A stretch of 57,383 nucleotides of DNA from a virus (Duplodnaviria; Caudoviricetes): positions 1 to 57,383 of the IMG/VR virus record IMGVR_UViG_3300032299_000921. The stretch is one strand, 5' to 3'. Each line of letters opens with the position of its first letter. Position 1 is the stretch's first letter. The notes under the pieces were generated by a model, which had not been told where the DNA came from, made no database searches, and was given only the letters and a program-made list of their open reading frames with translations. The position numbers were made by a program, and so were the translations under genes. Positions 1-8,420 of the stretch are shown piece by piece.

Positions 1-123
1 ATTTATTGGGTTATAATTATTGCAATGATTATTGAAATTGTTAATCGGTCTTCTGGGTTTGAAAATGCTATAATAATTGCACTTGCTTATATTATATACA
101 AAATAAACCGAGGTAACAAATGA
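1..123 (+). CDS. 5'-truncated small hydrophobic (membrane) protein
   Basis: Frame 1 is open from base 1 to TGA at 121-123 (IYWVIIIAMIIEIV...AIIIALAYIIY); the stop overlaps the next ATG (ATGA coupling). Confidence 0.5.
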   Translation: MYWVIIIAMIIEIVNRSSGFENAIIIALAYIIYKINRGNK

Positions 124-746
124 AAGTATTAGAATTATTCGCAGGTAGCCGATCCATCGGTAAGGTATGTGATGAGTTAGGACACGAGGTGTTCTCCTCT
201 GATTGGCAAGAATTTGACGGCATTGACTATGCTGTAGACATTAACAAGTTTGATGCTGATAAAGTTCCCTTTGTCCCGGATGTGATATGGGCATCTCCTC
301 CGTGTACTACATTCTCTGTTGCCTCTATAGGTAAGCATTGGGATAAGGATAGCCGAGACCCAAAGACTCACGATGCATACGTTGGTTTGCAAATCCTACA
401 AAAGACAATAGGTATCATCGAATGGTTTAAAGAAAAGAATCCCAATCTTATTTGGTACATCGAAAACCCTCGTGGTATGATGCGTAAGATGAAAATATGG
501 GATAGTATTCCACACGTTCGCCATACTGTTACGTATTGTTCTTACGGAGATATACGTATGAAACCTACAGATATCTGGACCAACAACTACGATTGGACTC
601 CTCGTGTTGCTTGTAAGAATGGAGATACTTGTCACGTATCAGCACCTCGTGGTAGTCGTACCGGAACTCAAGGACTCAAGGGTTCTTACTTACGATCACA
701 AATCCCCTACGCACTATGTAAGGAAATAGTAACATCATCAATATGA
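120..746 (+). CDS. Short DNA (cytosine-5) methyltransferase
   Basis: Motif I VLELFAG, catalytic motif IV WASPPC, motif VI IENP. Confidence 0.85.
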   Translation: MKVLELFAGSRSIGKVCDELGHEVFSSDWQEFDGIDYAVDINKFDADKVPFVPDVIWASPPCTTFSVASIGKHWDKDSRDPKTHDAYVGLQILQKTIGIIEWFKEKNPNLIWYIENPRGMMRKMKIWDSIPHVRHTVTYCSYGDIRMKPTDIWTNNYDWTPRVACKNGDTCHVSAPRGSRTGTQGLKGSYLRSQIPYALCKEIVTSSI

Positions 747-1117
747 ATAGCATAGACATTATAAACAAACTGATTAATCAAGGTGTGATTTGTTTCAACC
801 CTTATACTATGTCCGTAAACTCTCATCGCTATAGTTATCCATTGAGTTATGGTAAACAATACGATATTCAAAACAACGACATCAAAGAGTTGATGACCAA
901 TCTTATCATCACCGCAGAAACAGATTGTCCTTATGAAATCTTTTCAAGGTACAAATACAATGCATTCTTGGATATATATGCCTTGGATACATTTGCCGAA
1001 GTAAGTTGGGAGTTATCCTTTCCCACACTTCAGCATCTTAGAATTATTAAAAAAGAATTAGGATTAGAAACACTTTATTATTACGACAACAAACAACAAA
1101 TAGCAAAAGAACTATGA
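743..1117 (+). CDS. Hypothetical protein
   Basis: 124-aa ORF with ATGA overlaps on both sides. Confidence 0.6.
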   Translation: MNSIDIINKLINQGVICFNPYTMSVNSHRYSYPLSYGKQYDIQNNDIKELMTNLIITAETDCPYEIFSRYKYNAFLDIYALDTFAEVSWELSFPTLQHLRIIKKELGLETLYYYDNKQQIAKEL

Positions 1118-1455
1118 TTTACAATTATGATTTTTACAAAGAAGATGGCAGATGGTACATTGATTTCCCTCAATACATTGCCAATGGTGGACAGAAAGCA
1201 GACTTACTTATGGTCGCTGGAGCAGACAAGATGTTAGATGTATTATCTGACAATACTGAAAGAGTTACTTTAGACTTTTCAGCTCAACGTATGGAATCTG
1301 ATATTGTCCTGAAGAAATTTATCGGAGACCCTTGGGGTGCTACGTATACAACTAACTCCAAGAAAGTAAAATTGGTTTGGTTATGCAATGTAACCAAAGT
1401 AGTTATGGGTAAACATCCAGAGGTAATCTATGTCAAAAAATATAAGAAAGATTAA
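1114..1455 (+). CDS. Conserved phage hypothetical protein (DUF6717-like)
   Basis: FYKEDGRWYIDFPQY...ADLLMVAGADKMLD pattern resembles a family common in Bacteroidota phages; recognised from memory. Confidence 0.6.
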   Translation: MIYNYDFYKEDGRWYIDFPQYIANGGQKADLLMVAGADKMLDVLSDNTERVTLDFSAQRMESDIVLKKFIGDPWGATYTTNSKKVKLVWLCNVTKVVMGKHPEVIYVKKYKKD

Positions 1456-1708
1456 AGCACAAGTCGATCAAGACAAGTACAATTTCTTTGTCGGTCAGTT
1501 TGATTCTGAGACCGATGCGTTAAATTATTTAGAAGTTTCACTCGATAAAATAGCAAGAAAACATTATAAGCAAAAAGACAATATAAAAACCCTAGAATTA
1601 AATATGCTGATACCATTAATCGATGGTATGCACAAGTATCTTTTAAGAAACAATATCACAATCAGTCAATTAGTAAACAACTTAATTAATAAAGCAATCA
1701 AGAAATGA
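1430..1708 (+). CDS. Hypothetical protein, possibly DNA-binding
   Basis: 92-aa ORF coupled to the recombinase start; basic, helical C-terminus. Confidence 0.55.
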   Translation: MSKNIRKIKAQVDQDKYNFFVGQFDSETDALNYLEVSLDKIARKHYKQKDNIKTLELNMLIPLIDGMHKYLLRNNITISQLVNNLINKAIKK

Positions 1709-2382
1709 AAACAGTAGGTTATGTCCGTGTATCAACTGATACACAAGCAGAGAAAGGTAAATCAATCGATAATCAAATCGAACGTATCAAGAATTATTGT
1801 AAAGACAAGAAACTTAATTTGGAAAAAATCTTCATAGATGAAGGTTATAGTGGAAAAAATACGAATCGTCCAGGCTTCCAAGATATGTTTGAGGCTATTC
1901 GTAATGGAAAATATCAGGCATTAGTAGTATGGCACTCTAATCGTTTTGCTCGTAATCTCCGGGATTATTTAAATTGTCTTGATGAACTAGAGAAGAGTAA
2001 GGTTAAGTTCTACTCTATCGAAGAGCCAAACATCAGCGGATCCTCTGGTAAGGCTATGCGTAATCTTATGGGTGTCTTTGCAGAATACCAATCTGATATC
2101 ACCGGAGAACATACTCGTTCAGTTAAGTCTACCCTTAAGAAGAATAAGAAAGTCTATTGTCCTTATCCTCCCCTTGGATTTAAGAATGAGGAAGGTCAGT
2201 TAGTTCGAGACCCAAACACTTACGAAATAGTAAGTCAGATATTTGTGTATCGTGAGCAAGGTATGTCGATGCACACCATTGCTAAAACTCTTAACTCGAA
2301 AGATATCAAGGGACACAAGGGTGGTAAGTTCTACGCAAGTACAATTCAGAAGGTGTTAAACAATCCAATATACTTGAACTGA
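1705..2382 (+). CDS. Serine recombinase (resolvase catalytic domain plus short recombinase DNA-binding domain)
   Basis: GYVRVST catalytic Ser motif, DEGYSG..RPG, NRFAR; C-terminal PPLGF...IAKTLN...STIQKVLNNPIY. Confidence 0.9.
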   Translation: MKTVGYVRVSTDTQAEKGKSIDNQIERIKNYCKDKKLNLEKIFIDEGYSGKNTNRPGFQDMFEAIRNGKYQALVVWHSNRFARNLRDYLNCLDELEKSKVKFYSIEEPNISGSSGKAMRNLMGVFAEYQSDITGEHTRSVKSTLKKNKKVYCPYPPLGFKNEEGQLVRDPNTYEIVSQIFVYREQGMSMHTIAKTLNSKDIKGHKGGKFYASTIQKVLNNPIYLN

Positions 2383-2383
2383 T

Positions 2384-2695
2384 ATGAGCAAAGAAATAGT
2401 TGATCTCTTCGAGTACATCTTGGATCAGATAGAACCAAGATGGAGAACCAATGATTCTGTAGTAGAAACCTTGGATAAAATCAAAGGGTCTCAGAGTAAA
2501 CGATTCACTCCTCCAACATTACAAGAAGTTACTAACGAGTTGCGTAATCAGAAGGTACGTAATCATCAGCAACAAGCAGATAAGTTTTGGAACTTCTATG
2601 AGGCTAAGAATTGGATGATTGGTAAAAATAAAATGAAGTCATGGAAGGCAGCAATCAAAACGTGGAATTTCGAAAAAGACAATTTGATATTGTAG
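2384..2695 (+). CDS. Stand-alone C-terminal domain of Bacteroidota phage replication-initiator-like proteins
   Basis: FTPPTLQEV...FWNFYEAKNWMIGKNKMKSWKAAIKTW signature. Confidence 0.7.
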   Translation: MSKEIVDLFEYILDQIEPRWRTNDSVVETLDKIKGSQSKRFTPPTLQEVTNELRNQKVRNHQQQADKFWNFYEAKNWMIGKNKMKSWKAAIKTWNFEKDNLIL

Positions 2696-2772
2696 GATTG
2701 CTATGTCTTCTGATTACAATTATAATGTGCATCTTAAGTATTTATTTTTATATTGACTTGTTAATAATATGA
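2641..2772 (+). CDS. Small single-pass membrane protein (43 aa, not in ORF track)
   Basis: ATG 2641 to TGA 2770-2772: MEGSNQNVEFRKRQFDIVGLLCLLITIIMCILSIYFYIDLLII; the stop overlaps the next ATG at 2769. Confidence 0.4.
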   Translation: MEGSNQNVEFRKRQFDIVGLLCLLITIIMCILSIYFYIDLLII

Positions 2773-3269
2773 AACAATTTAAATTAAACGAACAACTTGA
2801 ACTTGTTCCAGTTCGGAACAACTACAAATGGATATCCTATTTAGCTATTGTAACTACCATTACGGTAATTACATTGTACTTACTCAAACCTGAAACAATT
2901 AAAATAATCTACAAGGTTGTACATCCTGATGTACAGAATCTTGTACAAGATATTGAATTGTCCGAAGAAGGTATTGTTAAATGTTTGCACGAGAACGGAT
3001 GCGTTTTACCCAACGTAGCGGTGGCACAAGCAAGATTGGAATCAAATCTTGGTAAGAGTAATGTAGGAAAGAACGCCAAGAATATGTTTGGTATTGTGCA
3101 TCACAAGTGTAAGTATGTAACAGGTAAGCATGGTGTGTATGCTACATACGATAAGTACGAAGACAATATCAAATGCTATATTCATATTCAAGATCATTAC
3201 TTGAAAAAAATAGATGGTGTTTATGCATCTGATTTAGATTATATTAGCAAGATTAAATCAATGCGTTAA
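2769..3269 (+). CDS. GH73/glucosaminidase-like peptidoglycan hydrolase with N-terminal TM anchor
   Basis: AVAQARLES (catalytic Glu), NMFGI, YATY, YASD..Y motifs; hydrophobic segment at about aa 22-39. Confidence 0.75.
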   Translation: MKQFKLNEQLELVPVRNNYKWISYLAIVTTITVITLYLLKPETIKIIYKVVHPDVQNLVQDIELSEEGIVKCLHENGCVLPNVAVAQARLESNLGKSNVGKNAKNMFGIVHHKCKYVTGKHGVYATYDKYEDNIKCYIHIQDHYLKKIDGVYASDLDYISKIKSMR

Positions 3270-3490
3270 TGTGTAAAAAGAAACATATGGCAGTTATAGA
3301 ATTAAGAGTAATCAAAGAAAGTATTTGTGAACACAACCCTAAAGCACAAAGTGTTTGTTATCCAGACACTATGGTAGACTTTAATGAATTTCAAGAAAAC
3401 ATTTTAAAACAACTAAATAATTATGACACTAAAAGAAGTACTAGCAATCACGAAGGCATTCGGATTTGCAAGAAAAACCGTAACAACTGA
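3269..3490 (+). CDS. Hypothetical protein
   Basis: 73-aa ORF with TAATG coupling to the upstream gene. Confidence 0.4.
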   Translation: MCKKKHMAVIELRVIKESICEHNPKAQSVCYPDTMVDFNEFQENILKQLNNYDTKRSTSNHEGIRICKKNRNN

Positions 3491-3695
3491 GGCATCTGGA
3501 TGCGACCATGTGTACCACTACTTTGTTTTTAAAATTGGTGATATACAATTTATGTTATCTAACGATGACTCTGATAACGGAGAAGAATGGTATGGTACTA
3601 TATTCGATTATCAAGTTAAGTTCTATACATCGGATTCATTTGTAAGTCTATTATTAACAATCAAAAGAGGGGAGTGGGATGCAGATACAATATAA
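3423..3695 (+). CDS. Hypothetical protein
   Basis: 90-aa ORF in a tightly packed operon. Confidence 0.55.
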   Translation: MTLKEVLAITKAFGFARKTVTTEASGCDHVYHYFVFKIGDIQFMLSNDDSDNGEEWYGTIFDYQVKFYTSDSFVSLLLTIKRGEWDADTI

Positions 3696-4122
3696 AAATA
3701 GATACAACGATGTAATTACATTTACTCAATTGAATGAGAATGAGTATATGATGCAAGGTGGTACTTACTATAGATTTGGATTCAACTCTAATGAGGATTT
3801 AGAAAAAATAAGATATACCTTTGTTGATCCAAGTGGTGGGCCGTATATTTCAGAGGGTATGACAATGGGTTATGTTTATCAAGCTTGGATAGGTAAGATA
3901 GTCAGATACATAACACGAATTGAGGAGAATGGTGCTCTGCTGATTGTAACTTACCCTGAGCGAATTGTAAAAGCAATCGTCAACAACAAAAATGAATTTA
4001 GAGTATACTCACCAGAGGGTAATGTAATTACCACAGAAGAAAGTTTTAATGAGGCAGTTAAATGGATAGAAGATAAATATGGAGAAAACTTGCAAGAAAT
4101 GTTGTCAGACAAAACCAACTGA
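3679..4122 (+). CDS. Hypothetical protein
   Basis: 147-aa ORF containing FVDPSGGPYI, a pattern seen in uncharacterised phage proteins. Confidence 0.6.
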   Translation: MQIQYKNRYNDVITFTQLNENEYMMQGGTYYRFGFNSNEDLEKIRYTFVDPSGGPYISEGMTMGYVYQAWIGKIVRYITRIEENGALLIVTYPERIVKAIVNNKNEFRVYSPEGNVITTEESFNEAVKWIEDKYGENLQEMLSDKTN

Positions 4123-4300
4123 TGAATTTTACTACCACAGATTCAATGCTGATCAGCTCAATAAAAAATGTAAACAATGTGTTCGTGATGAAGCAAAAGA
4201 GTCTTATAATAAAAAGATGTTGAATCCATCGTTCAGAAAGAAAAGAGCAGCGAAGGAAAAGCAAAGAAGGTTGGTAGTCAATAAGTGGAATACATTATGA
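4079..4300 (+). CDS. Small CxxC-CxxC zinc-finger protein
   Basis: KTCKKC...EFY...KKCKQC followed by a basic helix. Confidence 0.6.
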   Translation: MEKTCKKCCQTKPTDEFYYHRFNADQLNKKCKQCVRDEAKESYNKKMLNPSFRKKRAAKEKQRRLVVNKWNTL

Positions 4301-6039
4301 ATGCAGATAAATTAGTAAAACTAGGAATCGATCTCCGGGACAGATGGAGTGGAGAAGTTAAAACACTATGTCCTAAGTGTTCACATCAACGTAAGAAGAA
4401 GAGTGACCCATCTCTTGGTGTTAATATAGACACCGGAGTTTGGAAGTGTCACCATTGCGGTTGGAGTGGTTCGGTTAATCAGTATGTGAGACCCGAACCT
4501 AAGCAACCAATTCAAACTGAAGGCATCTATGAATACTTTGAGAAAAGAAAAATCTCCAAGGAGACTGTTGAATACTTTGGTATCGCAGAGTCAAGGGAAT
4601 GGATGCCTCAAGATCAGAAAGAACATCGTGTAATTTGTTTCAATTATTTTTTAGATGGAGAACTCATCAATATCAAATTCAAGACCGCTGACAAGAAGTT
4701 CAAGATGGTCAAGGACGCAAGAAAGATTCCATATAATATCGATGCAATCAAGGATAGTCATTATGCTATTATATGCGAAGGCGAAGAAGAAACTATGGTC
4801 TGGCATCAATCGGGTCTCAGAGCAGTTTCTGTTCCGAATGGTGCTAGTCGCAACAACAATAACCTTGATTGGTTGGATTCTACTTATGAACTATTTGACC
4901 AGAAGGTAATCTATCTTGCTACAGATAACGATGAGCCTGGAAGAAAACTAAAGGAAGACTTAGCTCGTAGGTTTACATCTGCTGATATTCGTATCATCGA
5001 ATTCCCTGAGAATGAGAAGGATGCTAACGATTGTCTAAAGAGATACGGCCAAGACTTTATCACTCGTCTGTTTGAGAATGCCAAGCCTTTACCTATTTCA
5101 GAAATCTCTTCTGCATTAGATCATCTCTCTACCATCCAATCGTATCACAAGGATGGATATCCGGTGGGATCGCTTGTAGGAATGTCTGAGACCGATGAGC
5201 ATATCTCTTGGAATCGTGGGGAGTTAGGTGTAGTCACAGGTATCCCTGGCTCAGGTAAGTCAACGTGGTTAGACTATATGTTTATACGCCTTGCCTATCT
5301 GAAGAATTGGAAGTTCGGTGTATTCTCTCCAGAGAACATAGCACCTTTGAAGATTACTCGTATGTCTGAGCAGTTATTGGGTAAACCATTAAGTGCGATG
5401 AACTCGGTTGAGATTGAGCATTCAGTACAAATAATCAGTAATCATTTTTGGTTCTACAATGTAGAAACCTTGGAGGACTATACCTTGGGTAACCTATTAA
5501 GATTGGGTGAGACCCTAATCAAACGCCACGGTATTGATTGTCTACTACTCGATCCTTTTAACTACATCGAAAATGACTCAACTGAGGATAGTTCAAATGA
5601 AAAGATTGGTATTTTATTACGAACTTTGAAGAAATTTGCTGTAAAAAATAATGTATTGGTCGTTTTGGTTGCCCATCCTAGAAAAATGGATAGAACATCC
5701 GCTGGGTATAATGTTCCTAGGCTTTACGATATTAGTGGATCTCATCATTTTTTTAATGTGCCTGATTGGGGTTTGGCAGTCCATCGTTCATTCCAAAATG
5801 GTCAGAAAGATCCGGTCGAGGTTCACATCCAAAAAATCAAGTGGCACTTCCGAGGAAAACTTGGGCGAGTAGATTACGAATTTGACCGAGCGAGTGGTCA
5901 GTATTCAGAGGACGATAAGTTTAGAAGTTTAATAACCATCAAGAATGACTTGGAAACTAATGAAAATGATTTGTTTAGCTCATCAGAAGCGTGGGGAAGA
6001 GGTAGTGGAATTCAACCTCAATCCGATTTATTTCTCTAA
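4297..6039 (+). CDS. T7 gp4/Twinkle-like primase-helicase
   Basis: Zn finger CPKC...CHHC, TOPRIM CEGEE and ATDND..G, Walker A GIPGSGKS, LLLDP, VAHPRK, DISGS; ATG 4297 overlaps the upstream stop. Confidence 0.93.
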   Translation: MNADKLVKLGIDLRDRWSGEVKTLCPKCSHQRKKKSDPSLGVNIDTGVWKCHHCGWSGSVNQYVRPEPKQPIQTEGIYEYFEKRKISKETVEYFGIAESREWMPQDQKEHRVICFNYFLDGELINIKFKTADKKFKMVKDARKIPYNIDAIKDSHYAIICEGEEETMVWHQSGLRAVSVPNGASRNNNNLDWLDSTYELFDQKVIYLATDNDEPGRKLKEDLARRFTSADIRIIEFPENEKDANDCLKRYGQDFITRLFENAKPLPISEISSALDHLSTIQSYHKDGYPVGSLVGMSETDEHISWNRGELGVVTGIPGSGKSTWLDYMFIRLAYLKNWKFGVFSPENIAPLKITRMSEQLLGKPLSAMNSVEIEHSVQIISNHFWFYNVETLEDYTLGNLLRLGETLIKRHGIDCLLLDPFNYIENDSTEDSSNEKIGILLRTLKKFAVKNNVLVVLVAHPRKMDRTSAGYNVPRLYDISGSHHFFNVPDWGLAVHRSFQNGQKDPVEVHIQKIKWHFRGKLGRVDYEFDRASGQYSEDDKFRSLITIKNDLETNENDLFSSSEAWGRGSGIQPQSDLFL

Positions 6040-6187
6040 GCTGAAAAACAAATACATTGTACATAATGAAAAAATTATACCTATTGTATCTAAAGGTTGG
6101 ATAGAAGTAGGTAATTATAACTATTTAGAATTAATTACAACCGAAGGTTTAAAATATGTTCCAGATTTAACATATACAGTAAAATGA
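5945..6187 (+). CDS. Hypothetical protein (start uncertain)
   Basis: Fills the gap between helicase and polymerase; its stop overlaps the PolB ATG. Confidence 0.45.
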   Translation: MTWKLMKMICLAHQKRGEEVVEFNLNPIYFSKLKNKYIVHNEKIIPIVSKGWIEVGNYNYLELITTEGLKYVPDLTYTVK

Positions 6188-8118
6188 TTATAGTATACGA
6201 CATAGAAACATTTAGCAATTGCTTTACCTATACAGGTATGGATGTTGACACCAAAGAGATAGATATCTTTGTAATTGGTGATGAGAGTATTGGCTCAGAT
6301 TTGGATGCGTTCCAAATATATCTGAGAGATTTAAAAGATAAGAAAGTTGGAATGGTTGGCTTTAACAATGTCAACTTTGACTGGCCCATTGTCCGTGCAA
6401 TTATGGAAGATGAAATTCATACAGCACAACAGATTTATGCTTACGCACAAAACATTATTTCTCAAGAAAAGAGAATGTATGTACCACAAGAAATCGCCCA
6501 ATTAGATTTGTATCTACTGAATCACTACGATAACAAGAGTAGGAATACATCTCTAAAGGCATTGGAAGTTTCTTGTGGTTGGAAAAATGTAATGGATATG
6601 CCGTTTGATCACACCACTAAGATTGATAAAATTACTCTTGAAAAAGTAATTGAATACAACAAAAATGATGTTGAGTTTACTGCATACTTTTATGAGCTGT
6701 GCCACGATAAAGTTGAATTACGCAAGAGAATCGGCAAGAAATACAACCTTAAAGTGCTAAACAAGAGTGATGTGGTTATCGGTGAGTCTATCTTTTTGAA
6801 ATATTTATCAGAAGCAATGCGAATACCGGTAAGACAATTGACAGAAATCAGAGGTAAACGAGCGGATGTACCTTTGGAAAAAATAATTCTTCCGAACGTA
6901 AAGTTTGAGACATCCCATTTTAATAAGTTATTGACCTTGATGAAGGAAACAACTTCATCTTCTACATTTCTGAAAAAGTTTATCGAAGGGCTTAACACAG
7001 GAATAAGCAGTAATGATTTGATGGATAAGTTCCGGGACAATAACATCAGGGTCCAGAGAATCGCCCAGCAGAAGAAAAGTTTCAGTTTCTCTGTGAGATT
7101 TGGAGGGATGAGATTGGATTATGGTGTTGGTGGTATACACGGATGTGTAGCACCCGGAGTATATACTTCTAGTAAAACCTATAAAATTCTAGATATTGAT
7201 GTGAAGTCATACTATCCGAACCTATTCATTCAGAATCGTTTGCATCCTCGTCAGATGAAGCAAGATGTATTCGTCAAGGTATACTCTGACATTTTCCAAG
7301 AGAGGGTTAAAGCACAACAAGAAGGAGATAAGTTAACAAGTGATGCACTCAAGTTGGCTCTGAACGGAATGTTCGGTAAGACTGGCTCTGATGTGTCTTG
7401 CTTCTACGATCCGTTTGTTTTCTATGGTATTACCGTCAATGGGCAATTGTTCATCTCTATGCTTGTAGAACGATTGGTAAATGCTGGGGCAGAACTTCTC
7501 CAAGTGAATACTGATGGTGTTACTGTAAGTGTCCCACGCAAGAATGAACAACAGATTCTTGAAGTTTGTAAGAATTGGGAAGCTGAGACCAAATTGACAT
7601 TGGAATATGCAGATTATGCAAAAATGATTATCCGAGATGTAAACAACTATATTGCTGTTACGGAAGATGGTAAGGTAAAAGAAAAAGGTGTGTTTGAAAC
7701 TAAGAAAGATTGGCATAAGGATAACTCATTTATGGTTGTTCCTATCGCTGTAAGAAATTATTTTGTGAATGGTACACCACTTGAGGAAACATTGAACAAC
7801 CACGAGAACATCTTTGATTTCTGTGGGCGTTATCGAGCCACAAAAGGTTGGCATTCCGAGTTTGTTTACTTGGATGGGGATAAGCAAAAACGTTTACATT
7901 TTGGAAAAATATACAGATTCTTACCTGTTAATAAAGGAGGTACAAGTTGGAAAATAAACAAAGATGGAAGAGAGCATCAATTATTAGAGGGCTATCAAAC
8001 AATGCCGTACAACCAAGCAGATTTGTACGACAAGAAAAACTTGAACAAATCATTTTTCTTGAACGAATGCAGAAAACTGATCGAGACGATAGAACCATCG
8101 CAGAAAACGCTCTTTTAA
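6184..8118 (+). CDS. polB: Family B DNA polymerase with 3'-5' exonuclease domain
   Basis: ExoI YDIET, ExoII GFNNVNFD, ExoIII YNKND, motif A DVKSYYP, motif B KLALNGMFG, motif C NTDG. Confidence 0.92.
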   Translation: MIIVYDIETFSNCFTYTGMDVDTKEIDIFVIGDESIGSDLDAFQIYLRDLKDKKVGMVGFNNVNFDWPIVRAIMEDEIHTAQQIYAYAQNIISQEKRMYVPQEIAQLDLYLLNHYDNKSRNTSLKALEVSCGWKNVMDMPFDHTTKIDKITLEKVIEYNKNDVEFTAYFYELCHDKVELRKRIGKKYNLKVLNKSDVVIGESIFLKYLSEAMRIPVRQLTEIRGKRADVPLEKIILPNVKFETSHFNKLLTLMKETTSSSTFLKKFIEGLNTGISSNDLMDKFRDNNIRVQRIAQQKKSFSFSVRFGGMRLDYGVGGIHGCVAPGVYTSSKTYKILDIDVKSYYPNLFIQNRLHPRQMKQDVFVKVYSDIFQERVKAQQEGDKLTSDALKLALNGMFGKTGSDVSCFYDPFVFYGITVNGQLFISMLVERLVNAGAELLQVNTDGVTVSVPRKNEQQILEVCKNWEAETKLTLEYADYAKMIIRDVNNYIAVTEDGKVKEKGVFETKKDWHKDNSFMVVPIAVRNYFVNGTPLEETLNNHENIFDFCGRYRATKGWHSEFVYLDGDKQKRLHFGKIYRFLPVNKGGTSWKINKDGREHQLLEGYQTMPYNQADLYDKKNLNKSFFLNECRKLIETIEPSQKTLF

Positions 8119-8420
8119 ATATTGGAATACCTAGTTCAAATATTGACTTAAGAAGAGTACTTATAAGTCTAAGGGAAGATTTATTGATTAGGAGATTGAG
8201 GTTTGCAAATAACTTCACAATTAACGCAACTAACGTAATTGTACCTAGTCTTAAATCTCCCTTTGATTTATGGTATGAGAATGGTGATATTCTTTTGAAA
8301 ACATTTCATACTAAAAAGAAGTACAGAGTTCCTTGTGAATTTGAGTCCAATATGATTTCAGAAAAAACTATTGAAATTATATACAGATTGCTAGAACATT
8401 TAGAAATTAACCAACCCTAA
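8067..8420 (+). CDS. Hypothetical protein (start uncertain)
   Basis: Open frame fills the gap up to the convergent terminase end; nearest in-frame ATG at 8067. Confidence 0.45.
   Translation: MQKTDRDDRTIAENALLNIGIPSSNIDLRRVLISLREDLLIRRLRFANNFTINATNVIVPSLKSPFDLWYENGDILLKTFHTKKKYRVPCEFESNMISEKTIEIIYRLLEHLEINQP

Noticed and set aside
1705-2382. IS607-family transposon
   Set aside because: No N-terminal MerR-like HTH, no tnpB and no element ends; the gene is translationally coupled to phage neighbours.
7947-8420. Programmed -1 frameshift extending PolB into the overlapping ORF
   Set aside because: No canonical X XXY YYZ slippery site or stimulatory hairpin is evident; an ATG at 8067 explains the ORF.
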